A DNA stretch of 64,000 nucleotides from a virus, in the IMG/VR virus record IMGVR_UViG_3300010883_028422, positions 71,426-135,425 of that record; one strand, 5' to 3'. Made by a program: the position numbers and the translations under genes. Positions 9,966 to 19,744 of the stretch are shown here, piece after piece; positions within the stretch are counted from its first letter, which is position 1, and each line of letters opens with the position of its first letter. The notes beneath the pieces were generated by a model, which saw nothing but the letters and a program-made list of their open reading frames with translations, was not told the origin of the DNA and did no database searches.

Positions 9966-11539
9966 ATATATTTAATTCTTCAAATAGCTCAGTATGGTCC
10001 GGTAAAGATTTTGAGCTAAAAGATAACGGAGGCTTAGTTTTAAGAAAAAAGGCATTTATAAAGCATAATGTGGGAAGCTTATCTGGTAGAAATAATTTAA
10101 AAATAATTGGTAAAAAAAGAACTGGCCCTGGAGACTTTGTGTTTAATATATTGTCTTCAGGCGGGTTGGTTTTATTTTCTAAAAAAATATCTTTTAAAAA
10201 AAGAAGTTATTCTGAGATTTCTGTAAATTTTGATATAAATGGAGAATATGATGGTTGCAGCATAATAATTGAAAAGGACCAGAAATCATTTGGAACTATA
10301 GAAGTGTCAAAGATTTCAATTTCAAACATTTCTGGCAAGCCTTTGGGTAGTTCTTCAAAAGATAGCAAGGTTGTTATGAAGAATAGCTTAAGGCAAAATA
10401 TAAAGAAAAAAATGTCATATTTTAATGATATTTCCAAAAGAAAAGTAGCCTTTATAATTCCATATTCCATATATGGTGGTGCTGAAGTTTATTTAAAAAA
10501 TATTATCAATAATTTAGATAATAATATTTATAATATAACAATATTATATATGAAAAAAAATATTTTAAGTAACTTTATAACAAATAAAAATGTAAAGCAC
10601 GTTGATGCAAAAACACACGATCATTTAAGAAGCCTTCTTATCGCAAATAATTATAATTATTTAATATTTTATAATAGTTATAATGTATATAACACAATAA
10701 AGCGCGTTGTTGAGCCAGAGCTAGTAGACAGCTTCATATATGAAATATATCATAGTGATTTTGTATGGAGTGATGCATTATCTGCAAGAAAAAGTCGAGA
10801 TGGATTTTCTGGGTTAATATCTATATCAGAAAATTTAGGAAATAATATTAAAAATATTAATTCAAGGCATGTTGTGCCCGTTGGCATTGATTTAGATTTA
10901 TTTAAAAAATACAATAAAAAGATATTATATAATTCTAAAAAAATAAATGTTGATAGAAGAATTTTGGTTGGAGTGAAGCCAACAATAGGCGTTGTTTCTA
11001 GATTGTCAAAAGAAAAAAATGTTGGGTATATATTAGATTTGGCAAAGATTATGTTAAATTATCAGTTTATAATAGTTGGCGATGGTCCGGAAAAAAATAA
11101 TCTTATAAAGAGTTGCGCAGACAGGGGGATTAAAAATGTAATTTTTGCCGGATATGTTAAAAATACACATGATTATTATAATATATTTGACGCATTTGTT
11201 TTGCCAACAAAATGTTCTGAGGGCACGCCAATTTCCATATTAGAGGCTATGGCGTGCAGTGTTCCTATTTTTACAACAAATTATGGAAATATAAAAGACT
11301 TTGTTTTTAATAATTCAAATGGATTTATTATATCATTAAATGCAGATGAAGATTCAAGGTTGATAATTGAAAATTTTAAAAATAAAGATGTTGTTTCTAA
11401 TGCTAAAAAGTATGTAGTTAAAAATCATGATATAGGCACCACGTGTGAAGAGTTTTCTTCGATACTTTTGTCAAACGGAAGTTTCCATAAAAAAGATAGA
11501 AATTCGAGTAGTTTGTTGGTAACAGGTTATTATGCGTAA
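9962..11539 (+). CDS. GT4-like glycosyltransferase with extra N-terminal domain
   Basis: YGGAE, VPVGID, SRLSKEK, VGDGP, EGTPISILEAMAC. ATG 9962 overlaps the previous TGA (ORF track starts at 9926). Confidence 0.88.
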   Translation: MNIFNSSNSSVWSGKDFELKDNGGLVLRKKAFIKHNVGSLSGRNNLKIIGKKRTGPGDFVFNILSSGGLVLFSKKISFKKRSYSEISVNFDINGEYDGCSIIIEKDQKSFGTIEVSKISISNISGKPLGSSSKDSKVVMKNSLRQNIKKKMSYFNDISKRKVAFIIPYSIYGGAEVYLKNIINNLDNNIYNITILYMKKNILSNFITNKNVKHVDAKTHDHLRSLLIANNYNYLIFYNSYNVYNTIKRVVEPELVDSFIYEIYHSDFVWSDALSARKSRDGFSGLISISENLGNNIKNINSRHVVPVGIDLDLFKKYNKKILYNSKKINVDRRILVGVKPTIGVVSRLSKEKNVGYILDLAKIMLNYQFIIVGDGPEKNNLIKSCADRGIKNVIFAGYVKNTHDYYNIFDAFVLPTKCSEGTPISILEAMACSVPIFTTNYGNIKDFVFNNSNGFIISLNADEDSRLIIENFKNKDVVSNAKKYVVKNHDIGTTCEEFSSILLSNGSFHKKDRNSSSLLVTGYYA

Positions 11540-12641
11540 AGTTGTAAATTTTCATGGAATTGGCAGGCCCGGAAGTGGTTATGGTGACGCGTGTATAAAT
11601 ATAGCAAAGGCATTTAGTTTGACCAATATAGATTTAAATTTTAATTTATCAAAGTTTAAAACTATAGCGGAATCAGCGAAACTTAAGTCTTGCGATGCTG
11701 TTGGTGACATAAATTTTTATGTTGGTCCGCCACCATACAAGAATATGTCTGAAGATAAATACAATATAATACATTTTTACTGGGAGGCGGATCGGCTGCC
11801 ACCTTACTGGGGGAGGTTCATACTTAAGGCGGATGAAATCTGGGCCCCATGCAAGCTTGTCGAGTCTGCATGCAGAAGGGCTGGATTTTCTAAAAAAATT
11901 AGAATAATTCCAACTCCATATGATAAGTTTGCGAATAGCAAGGGTTATACTTTGGATATACCATCTGAAATTTCTGATAAATATTTTGTTGGTGATAATG
12001 TATTTAAATTTTATTCTATATTCCAATGGCACCATAGAAAGGGGCCAGATGTATTGCTAAATTCTTACTGGAAGACGTTTGGTAGACACGATAATGTTAT
12101 TTTGATATTGAAAGTTAATGCTTTAAATCTACCTGGATATACTATTGATGATATAAAGAGCGATATATCAAGTATAAAAATAAAACTAAATTTAAATTAC
12201 TATTCTCCAGTTTATGTGATTGATTCAATTTTGCCGAAGAAGTATATTGGAGCCTTACATAATTATTCAGATTGCTATATATCGCCACATAGAGGAGAGG
12301 GCTGGGGCATGCCAATAGGTGATGCTATTTCTTATAAAAATCCAGTAATTATAACAAAATATGGTGGAATATCTGATTATTTAAATCAAAGTAATTCTGC
12401 TATAATAAAGCATAGACTAACACATGTTAAAAATATGTCTTGGTCTCCAAATATTTATAATAAATCACAAAGATGGGCTGAGCCGAGCGTGAATTCTGCA
12501 TCTGAATTAATGCGTGATGTTTATGAAAATTTTGATAAATATAAAATAAAGGCAGGCAGGGCTCACTCTATAATTAGTGGGTTTTCTATAGATAGTGTTT
12601 CAAAAATTATTAGTGAGCATATATGTCAAATAAAATTATAA
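11532..12641 (+). CDS. GT4-like glycosyltransferase
   Basis: SGYG, WEADRLP, QWHHRKGPDVLL, RGEGWGMPIGDA. Confidence 0.85.
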   Translation: MRKVVNFHGIGRPGSGYGDACINIAKAFSLTNIDLNFNLSKFKTIAESAKLKSCDAVGDINFYVGPPPYKNMSEDKYNIIHFYWEADRLPPYWGRFILKADEIWAPCKLVESACRRAGFSKKIRIIPTPYDKFANSKGYTLDIPSEISDKYFVGDNVFKFYSIFQWHHRKGPDVLLNSYWKTFGRHDNVILILKVNALNLPGYTIDDIKSDISSIKIKLNLNYYSPVYVIDSILPKKYIGALHNYSDCYISPHRGEGWGMPIGDAISYKNPVIITKYGGISDYLNQSNSAIIKHRLTHVKNMSWSPNIYNKSQRWAEPSVNSASELMRDVYENFDKYKIKAGRAHSIISGFSIDSVSKIISEHICQIKL

Positions 12642-13579
12642 TTGCCGATTGGCTTGTGCACGGAGGACATCAGTATGAGTTTTTCAAAACTGGTCCTAAA
12701 TTTTTTTGTACAAAATTAGATTCGAAACCTCCAAAGTCAGGTGACTTTGGAAGACCTGTTTTTTCAAATAAAAAAGTTAATATGGTTGCGGAATATGAAA
12801 AAAATTTATTATCTAAAAATTTTGATATAATAATGGTCAGAGCTGGTGTGACTCCAGGTCGCTACAATGCACTTCAAGATAAAAAAAGAAGAACGCCGGG
12901 TATTGCGGTTATACAAACTGTCTCTAAGCATCCCGATTCGAGCTTTCCAATCCCAAGTTGGGCGAGGGTTGTTGTTTGGAATTCAAAATATGTAATGGAT
13001 CAAAATTATAAAAATCTTCCGGGCAAAAAACATTTGTATATTCCACATGGATTTGACCCAAGTGAATTTTGCAATATGAATACTATTCGTAATGAAAGGA
13101 TTCTATCTGTATCTAGTGTTTTTCAAAAAAGAGGGACGATTCTTGGGTTTGATGACTGGAGATTTGTGTCTAATGAGACCAGATTGTGTGACTTAATTGG
13201 ACATGGTGATGAAAGGCTTCGTGAGTCTATAGGCACATTTTCATTGAATAAATTAGTTAAAAAATATAACGAGTACAGTGTGTTTTTAAATACAACAAAA
13301 AGGAGCGCCATGCCGCGTGCGAGAGCTGAGGCTCTTATGTGTGGTACACCAATTGTTACAACTAATAATTATGATATAGGCAGATATCTCAGAGATGGGA
13401 AGGATTGTTTGTTTGCGGATAATAAAGAGGATATGATCAAATGCGTGAGAAAAGTTTTGAGATCTAAAAATCTACAGAGAGAGCTTAGCAGTCATGGTCG
13501 GGCGAGAGCTATAAAATTCTTTGGGATAAAATCCTATAAGAATCGATGGCAAGAGGCCTTTTATGAGTCAACAAAATGA
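12623..13579 (+). CDS. GT4-like glycosyltransferase
   Basis: IPHGFD, SAMPRARAEALMCGTPIV, DGKDCL. Confidence 0.82.
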   Translation: MSNKIIIADWLVHGGHQYEFFKTGPKFFCTKLDSKPPKSGDFGRPVFSNKKVNMVAEYEKNLLSKNFDIIMVRAGVTPGRYNALQDKKRRTPGIAVIQTVSKHPDSSFPIPSWARVVVWNSKYVMDQNYKNLPGKKHLYIPHGFDPSEFCNMNTIRNERILSVSSVFQKRGTILGFDDWRFVSNETRLCDLIGHGDERLRESIGTFSLNKLVKKYNEYSVFLNTTKRSAMPRARAEALMCGTPIVTTNNYDIGRYLRDGKDCLFADNKEDMIKCVRKVLRSKNLQRELSSHGRARAIKFFGIKSYKNRWQEAFYESTK

Positions 13580-14454
13580 GAGTTTTATGCATTGTTGATT
13601 CTTACAGGTGGGCCCTATATAATAGAGCTATTAATTTAAAAAAACATTTTCAAAATTATAATTTTGATATTATTCATTTTGAAAAAATTGAATCAGTTAA
13701 TTTTAATAATTATGATGTAATATATATTTTAAATTGGCCAATTTGGCCATTTGTGAAGCATAAGGTTAGTAGAAGTCGGAGGTATAGGTTGGTGACAACT
13801 GTTTGTAGCCATGTTGGTCGTTCCCACGCAAGAGATATGGGGCGTATATTTAATAACTTTGATAAGATAAGCACATCTAATGACTTCTTATATGAAGAAT
13901 TTAAGCCTGTTTATAAGAGCAAGGTAATAAACGCCCCATTCGGAGTGGATGGTGATTTATTTGTTAAAAAAACTATGCCTTCGAATTATAATTATATATT
14001 TGGATGGGTAGGCAACCCAGATAGATCTGTAAAAAGGTTTAATGATATAAAAGAGGTGTTTGGCAACCTTGGTGATAAGTACAGATTAAAGGTAGCAACT
14101 AATAAGAGCAGGTTTGGTAGAGCTAAAATGGTTGATTTTTATAATTCTGTAGGTACAGTTATATGCTTTAGTGATAGCGAAGGAACTCCGAACCCCATGC
14201 TTGAGGCTGCAGCCTGTGGCCGGGCTATAATATCAACTAGAGTTGGTTGTGTCCCGAGTCTTTGTAAGGGGTTGGGCGTAAATATATTTGTAAAAAATGC
14301 TTCAGATCTTAAAAGTAAAATTATTAGTTATAGCGCAAGTCCAAAGGGAATAAACTTGATTGGAAGCTCTTTGGATAAAATAGCGCACGATGAGTGGTCT
14401 TGGAGAGATAGGGCTGTTGAATTCGATAAGCTATTTAAAGGTGGTCGGACATGA
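13576..14454 (+). CDS. GT4-like glycosyltransferase
   Basis: PFGVD, GWVGN..KR, SEGTPNPMLEAAACGRAIISTRVG. Confidence 0.85.
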   Translation: MRVLCIVDSYRWALYNRAINLKKHFQNYNFDIIHFEKIESVNFNNYDVIYILNWPIWPFVKHKVSRSRRYRLVTTVCSHVGRSHARDMGRIFNNFDKISTSNDFLYEEFKPVYKSKVINAPFGVDGDLFVKKTMPSNYNYIFGWVGNPDRSVKRFNDIKEVFGNLGDKYRLKVATNKSRFGRAKMVDFYNSVGTVICFSDSEGTPNPMLEAAACGRAIISTRVGCVPSLCKGLGVNIFVKNASDLKSKIISYSASPKGINLIGSSLDKIAHDEWSWRDRAVEFDKLFKGGRT

Positions 14455-15578
14455 AAATAGGCCTATTACGCCCACCCGCTGGGATTGGCGGGGCAGAAGC
14501 TACAATGATAGAGTTATATCAAACGCTCAAGGAGCATGGAGAGGATGCCTGGATAGCTTTTGATTCGAGCAAGAAGGGCATATTTGCTGATTTTATAAAC
14601 AAGGATCTGTTTGAGAAAAAATTTGAAAGATTGTCTGGATTGAATATATCAAAAGAACAGTTTTCTGAAGAATATGTTTTAAAAAACATTATAGATTCAG
14701 ATGCGCTTATTCTTTTGCAATATAGAGCTTTTCCCGAAAGAATTCGCACTAAAGTAAAAAGTTCTAAGGCCGATGTGTACATATATGTTCCTGGGAAAAA
14801 TACACCCCATGTGACCGTTCCAATGGAGGATGGGCTAAAAGTTAAGGCTTTTTTGTTTAATTCAAAAGAAACTCTAAAATATCATTTGAATATAAAGTAT
14901 TCAAAAGACCCTTATGCGGATGGGTTGATAAAGAAGAAGTTTAGGCATGCCCACCCGCCCTTATTTTTGGGGAATTATACAGAGGTTAACAAAGTAGACT
15001 ACAAGACTTATAGGTTTCAGCATTTTAAAATAAAGAAAAGTGAGTTCTCCATTGGAGTCGTGGGGAGAATCCAGCCGTCAAAGCGCCCATTTGAAGCTTT
15101 AGATATATTTAAAAAATTAGAAAAACATTATAATTATGATGCTTTTCCAAGAAAATTATATTTCTATGGGGGAGGGGCCAAAGAGTATGTAGCTGAGGTT
15201 AAGCAATATGCAAAAAAATTAAAAATAGAGCACAAGGTGGTCTTTTGTGGGTTTTCCCCGGATGTACGATTTCGTATAAAATCTATGGATTCTATTTTGC
15301 ATTGTTGTGTAATGGAATCGTTGTCTAGAGGTATACGAGAGGCCATGGTCTTAAAAACACCCGTGGTGGCGTATGATGGGTTTGGCAATAGGAGCTTGCT
15401 AGGGGGGCAGTCTGGGCGCCTTCTCTATTCTAACGCTGATCAAGCGTCCATAATCTTGTTGAAAATCGGAACAAGTGGCAAAGTTAAGAGGCAGTTCTCT
15501 ACTTCAGTTTATAATGATATTATAAATATAGAAAAAAAACTTGGAAGAAATTACTTGGATCTTTTATATGAAAAATAA
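14451..15578 (+). CDS. GT4-like glycosyltransferase
   Basis: GIGGAE, VGRIQPSKR, ESLSRGIREAM..TPVVA. Confidence 0.85.
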   Translation: MKIGLLRPPAGIGGAEATMIELYQTLKEHGEDAWIAFDSSKKGIFADFINKDLFEKKFERLSGLNISKEQFSEEYVLKNIIDSDALILLQYRAFPERIRTKVKSSKADVYIYVPGKNTPHVTVPMEDGLKVKAFLFNSKETLKYHLNIKYSKDPYADGLIKKKFRHAHPPLFLGNYTEVNKVDYKTYRFQHFKIKKSEFSIGVVGRIQPSKRPFEALDIFKKLEKHYNYDAFPRKLYFYGGGAKEYVAEVKQYAKKLKIEHKVVFCGFSPDVRFRIKSMDSILHCCVMESLSRGIREAMVLKTPVVAYDGFGNRSLLGGQSGRLLYSNADQASIILLKIGTSGKVKRQFSTSVYNDIINIEKKLGRNYLDLLYEK

Positions 15579-16467
15579 AAAAAGAATATTATTAATCCCT
15601 GACGTGAGGGGCTGGGCCTATGACGTTATAGCGCAAAGTATCATGAAGTTTTCAAAAAAATATGATTATGATATATTTTATGAAGCAAATATTGGCTCAA
15701 AAAAGCTTAGCTTTGAAGGATATGATGCCGTATATTGGTTTTATTGGGGGAATATAGAAAGATATGAAAAGCTAATTGCCGGGTTTGATCGTAATAAAAT
15801 TATAGCTGGAATTCATAGCTATAATTCATGGCAAAAGAGAGGTATGTCATCAGTGGATGTCATTAGACATTGCAAAAGGTATGCAAAAATCGCAGTTCCT
15901 TCATATACTTTGGCAAAAGATTTGAACATTCCGTCCCGCCACGTTGTTCACTCTGGGTATAGATCGAGAATATTTAAGCCACTTGGAACCAAAGAGGGAG
16001 GGCCGTTTATGTGGGTTGGAAATACAAGTTCCGCAAATCATGGAAGAATAAAGGGGTATGACTCTGTAATAAGGCCTTTATTTGAGAGTCGAAAGGATAT
16101 TTCACTTATAACTCAAACAAGAGATCGTGCAATCAAAAATTATAAAATGCCAGAATTTTACAAGAGAGGCTCGTATTTAATTTGCGCTTCACAAAGTGAG
16201 GGTGGCCCACTACCTGTTTTGGAAGCGCTGGCGTGCGGGATCCCAGTTATAACAACAGATGTTGGCTGGTGTAAATATTTAATAAAGGACGGAGAGAACG
16301 GATATAAGTTTGATGGAACTCCGGCGGATCTTTCGAGAAAAATAGATAAAATTATGAAAAAAAATTACAAAGAAATGTCGTTGTCTGCCGCTAAAAGCGT
16401 TAGGGGGTATTCGTGGAAAAAGATCATAGGGCAGCACGAAAGAATGTTTGGATTGGTTGCAAAATAA
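15568..16467 (+). CDS. GT4-like glycosyltransferase
   Basis: WVGN..KG, SEGGPLPVLEALACGIPVITTDVG, DGENG. Likely start is ATG 15568. Confidence 0.87.
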   Translation: MKNKKRILLIPDVRGWAYDVIAQSIMKFSKKYDYDIFYEANIGSKKLSFEGYDAVYWFYWGNIERYEKLIAGFDRNKIIAGIHSYNSWQKRGMSSVDVIRHCKRYAKIAVPSYTLAKDLNIPSRHVVHSGYRSRIFKPLGTKEGGPFMWVGNTSSANHGRIKGYDSVIRPLFESRKDISLITQTRDRAIKNYKMPEFYKRGSYLICASQSEGGPLPVLEALACGIPVITTDVGWCKYLIKDGENGYKFDGTPADLSRKIDKIMKKNYKEMSLSAAKSVRGYSWKKIIGQHERMFGLVAK

Positions 16468-16583
16468 TGTTTATTTTTGTATATAGTTATGAAAAATATG
16501 GCTCGTTGCGCTCATATATGGGCTTAGGGCGGGTGGCTTATGCGGCCAGAGAGGTTGATGTGATGGTTCGAGATGGCGAATAA
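16467..16583 (+). CDS. Possible 38-aa coupled mini-ORF (MFIFVYSYEKYGSLRSYMGLGRVAYAAREVDVMVRDGE)
   Basis: Its ATG overlaps the upstream stop (TAATG). It fills the gap and overlaps the next gene start. Below the ORF-track cutoff. Confidence 0.35.
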   Translation: MFIFVYSYEKYGSLRSYMGLGRVAYAAREVDVMVRDGE

Positions 16584-17259
16584 GCGTGGCAATGATTTTC
16601 AAAAATTATGGACAAGGGAGGATGGAATGTTTGAATTTAGAATAGATGATGAATTCAAGCACTTTGCTGATCTTCAGATAACGCAACTTGTGGATGACCC
16701 AGAATTTTACCTCAAAATGAGCAGGTCAGAGTATAAGGCTATTAGGAAGCATATAGGAAAGCCTAAGAAGATTTTAGATCTCGGTTGCGGGCTCGGCAGG
16801 ATGTCTGTGTTTTTAAATTATAAATTAAGCCAAGAACATAGGCGCTCTGCGCATTTTATTTTAGCAGATGTGACTAAAGAAAGTGATAAAATTGAATATG
16901 GCTGGGATCCGGATAACTCATATTATAATAATCTTGATCTTACGGCCAAATTCGCACAACTTCATGGCCTCAGTAATTTTAGGACATTTAATCTTTTGAC
17001 TGAAGACTTAAATATACATCATAATATTGACTTAGTCATGTCATATTTGGCGGTAGGATTTCATTACCCCATAGAGCAATATATGAAGACTCTTCTTAAC
17101 ATAACATCTTATCATTGTGTTATGATCTTTGGAGTAAGAAAGGGGCAATATAATTTGGATGATTATAAAAAGCATTTTTCTAGTGTTTTAATAGAAAAAA
17201 ATACTATAGACACAAGAGAGGAGATCTTAGTTTTAAAAGGAAAAAGAAATTGTAGTTAA
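16573..17259 (+). CDS. Class I SAM-dependent methyltransferase
   Basis: Motif I ILDLGCGLGR; acidic residue at the end of beta2 (LADV). Confidence 0.8.
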   Translation: MANKRGNDFQKLWTREDGMFEFRIDDEFKHFADLQITQLVDDPEFYLKMSRSEYKAIRKHIGKPKKILDLGCGLGRMSVFLNYKLSQEHRRSAHFILADVTKESDKIEYGWDPDNSYYNNLDLTAKFAQLHGLSNFRTFNLLTEDLNIHHNIDLVMSYLAVGFHYPIEQYMKTLLNITSYHCVMIFGVRKGQYNLDDYKKHFSSVLIEKNTIDTREEILVLKGKRNCS

Positions 17260-17277
17260 TGTTTAAAGTTATAGATT

Positions 17278-18246
17278 ATGAGTAAAAAGTCAAAATTATA
17301 TAAGAAATCAACTTCGCGTAAGAAGCCAATCTCAACTTCGCGTAAGAAGCCAATCTCAATTTCGCGTAAAAAGTCAACTTCCAGAAGATTAAGGGGAAAT
17401 CACATAGGTATATTGTGTCCGCCAAGATCTGGGTCAACATTGTTATCTTTGATTTTGGGAGCTCATAGTGATATTACAAATTTTGGAGAAAGTCACTGGA
17501 TTGTTAAAGATGTCATTGGTCGGGATGGATGCATTGATAATGGATGCCGGGTTCATGGGAGAGCTTGTTATGTAATAAATAAAATTAAAAAGTCAATGAA
17601 TTCAAATAATCATTTAAGCTTACTATGTAAACACTCAGATACATCTTTTATATGTACATCAAATAAAAGCTGGAAGCTTTATGCGGGTATGGATATTGAC
17701 TTGGTTAATAATAAGTTTATTATCCTGTATAAGCCGCTGGAGGTGTGGGTGGGCTCCTTCATAGGCACAGTGAAAATTAAAAAAATGCCAAAAAATAAAA
17801 TTCGTGCAGTTCAATATTTATTACAAATATATGAGGATTATTATAATGAAATATTTAATTTAATAGAAAGCGGAGTTATAAAGAATGATCAATATATTGT
17901 TGTTAATTACATGTCTTTTGCAAAGTCTCCAAAATTAGTTATGAAGGATATTTGTAATTTTTTAAAAATACCATATCAAGGCAATATGTTATTATTTAAT
18001 GATTATTTTATATCCAAGGATCCGAACCAGCACCCAATAGGTGGTAATTATAACACTTATTGCCCTAAGGCACAGATTAATTCTTCGGTTATTACAGATA
18101 GATACAAAAAAGATTTTAACAATATATATATGGAGGATAAGCATGTTGGTATCCTTGGAGAGAGTTTGATTAATTTAATAAAAAAAAATAAAAGATATAA
18201 ATTTATAATTAATAAATTAATATCATTAAATAGTGTTAGAGGCTAG
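17278..18246 (+). CDS. Sulfotransferase (PAPS-dependent) with basic repetitive N-terminal extension
   Basis: PAPS-loop-like PPRSGSTLL..ILG.H, FGE, later YMSFAKSP..VMKDICNFL. Confidence 0.78.
   Translation: MSKKSKLYKKSTSRKKPISTSRKKPISISRKKSTSRRLRGNHIGILCPPRSGSTLLSLILGAHSDITNFGESHWIVKDVIGRDGCIDNGCRVHGRACYVINKIKKSMNSNNHLSLLCKHSDTSFICTSNKSWKLYAGMDIDLVNNKFIILYKPLEVWVGSFIGTVKIKKMPKNKIRAVQYLLQIYEDYYNEIFNLIESGVIKNDQYIVVNYMSFAKSPKLVMKDICNFLKIPYQGNMLLFNDYFISKDPNQHPIGGNYNTYCPKAQINSSVITDRYKKDFNNIYMEDKHVGILGESLINLIKKNKRYKFIINKLISLNSVRG
17308..17382 (+). repeat. 24-bp tandem repeat TCAACTTCGCGTAAGAAGCCAATC (2 exact copies plus degenerate partial copies) encoding STSRKKPI
   Basis: Read directly at 17308-17331 and 17332-17355, then partial copies. 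Confidence 0.93.
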
Positions 18247-18248
18247 TT

Positions 18249-18899
18249 ATGAATAAAAAAGACAAAGAAAAAATAGTAACTTTTTGGAATGTTGGCTCGT
18301 TAGAAGAGGCGAAATATGATAGGGTTTCCACAAGAAAGGAAGAGAGAAAGGCTGTTAATGCTTTTGATGCTTCAGTTGTTAACTCTTTGATTACAGATCA
18401 TATTTTAAAACATAAAAGAAATATTACAAAGAAAGATAGAGTTTTGGACTTTGGGTGCGGTGTAGGAAGAATCCTCAAGGGATTTCATAAGTTTGAATCA
18501 CAAGTTTATGGAACAGATATTTCTGAGAACATGTTATCTTTCTGCAAAGAAGAATTGGGCAGTTTTAAAGTTAATTTAAAAAAATGCAATGTTGGAAGTG
18601 TTCCCTTTGGGGATGATTTTTTTGATATAATTTATTCATTTCATGTTCTTCAGCATATTGCAACAAAAAAGCTTTTGATAAATACTTTGCGTGAAATTTA
18701 CAGAACACAAAAGCCGGGCGGAATAGCTGTTTTGCATTTTATAAGAAAAGTTTCAGAAAGCGATAAAGAATTTGGTGGATTTGCCGGATTTAGACCAAGC
18801 AGGGATACTGCGGTGAAAATTTGTAAGAAAATAGGGTACGAGCTGATAGACATTGACGCAGTAGAGGGTGGGGCCTTTATATTGCATTTGCGAAAGTAA
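18249..18899 (+). CDS. Class I SAM-dependent methyltransferase (Methyltransf_11-like)
   Basis: VLDFGCGVGR, GTDISENML, PFGDDFFDIIYS..VLQHI, KPGG. Confidence 0.9.
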   Translation: MNKKDKEKIVTFWNVGSLEEAKYDRVSTRKEERKAVNAFDASVVNSLITDHILKHKRNITKKDRVLDFGCGVGRILKGFHKFESQVYGTDISENMLSFCKEELGSFKVNLKKCNVGSVPFGDDFFDIIYSFHVLQHIATKKLLINTLREIYRTQKPGGIAVLHFIRKVSESDKEFGGFAGFRPSRDTAVKICKKIGYELIDIDAVEGGAFILHLRK

Positions 18900-18914
18900 A
18901 GCTGTGAGGTGGAT

Positions 18915-18992
18915 GTGAAATTAAATTTAGGTAGTGCCAGGCAAAGATTTGAGGGTCTTAAGGGCATAGACCATAGGAAGATAGTAAAATAA
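18915..18992 (+). pseudogene. 25-codon remnant resembling the N-terminus of a KLNLGCG-type methyltransferase
   Basis: GAGGTGG RBS, GTG start, translation MKLNLGSARQRFEGLKGIDHRKIVK*, stop overlapping the next ATG (TAATG). Confidence 0.45.
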
Positions 18993-19717
18993 TGAAGCTA
19001 ATTTTGGTATTTACGACAGGAAGAAGCGGCACTGCCTTTTTATCACAGGCTTTTGGCGGGGCAAGGTTTCAAAAAAAGAAGATCCATCAGGCAGTAGGTG
19101 CTGATGCCCTAGTCACTCATGAGGGTTGGGGCGGAATTCCGGTTTCGAAGCTTAAGGGCCAAAATGATCTCTCAAGTCATAGCTCTGCCAAGATAGTTGA
19201 TAAATATTTAAATAACATGATTATTAAGTCAAAGAGTGAATATCCTATGGCAGAAAAATATTTAGTTACTGACCATAGAGTTGGGCGATATTGCATACCG
19301 TCAATAGAGAGTACCAATATAGATTATCAGGTTATTAGATTATTTAGAGATCATAAAGATGTCGCAAGCTCTTTTTTGAGGAGGGTGAGGAAAAGGAGGT
19401 CCGAATACACTAAGGCTGAATTTTTAAAGTTTTATAACGAAATTTGGAGTCATAGTTTTTATCAACCAAATGATGAGTTTGTTATTAATAAAATTTCAAA
19501 TGATATATGGGATAATATAAGCATGTATGATAAATTTTTATGGTATTCTAAAGAGGTTGATGCACAATGGTCTGAGGTTAAAAAGATACTTCCTAGAAAC
19601 AAGTATCTAGAGGTAACTTTTGATGAAATTATTAAGCCAGTTGGGCTTAACAAAGTAATGAGATTTATAGAGATTCCTTGGTCAAAAAAATGGGCTGAAA
19701 TAAGGGCAAATGGGTGA
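18992..19717 (+). CDS. Sulfotransferase-like protein
   Basis: N-terminal FTTGRSGTAFL (PAPS loop), LFRDHKDVASS, YLEVTFDEI. Confidence 0.7.
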   Translation: MKLILVFTTGRSGTAFLSQAFGGARFQKKKIHQAVGADALVTHEGWGGIPVSKLKGQNDLSSHSSAKIVDKYLNNMIIKSKSEYPMAEKYLVTDHRVGRYCIPSIESTNIDYQVIRLFRDHKDVASSFLRRVRKRRSEYTKAEFLKFYNEIWSHSFYQPNDEFVINKISNDIWDNISMYDKFLWYSKEVDAQWSEVKKILPRNKYLEVTFDEIIKPVGLNKVMRFIEIPWSKKWAEIRANG

Positions 19718-19744
19718 TGCAGTGTTTTGGATTTGGTGTTTGAT

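Noticed and set aside
16500-16580. GGTTCGAG as a possible tRNA T-loop
   Set aside because: The flanks (GATGG / TGGCG) cannot form a T-stem, and there is no cloverleaf or acceptor stem.
17308-17382. Repeats as a possible CRISPR array (also 1324-1368, 44146-44181, 52388-52570)
   Set aside because: All are tandem, in-frame coding repeats without unique spacers, and there are no cas genes.
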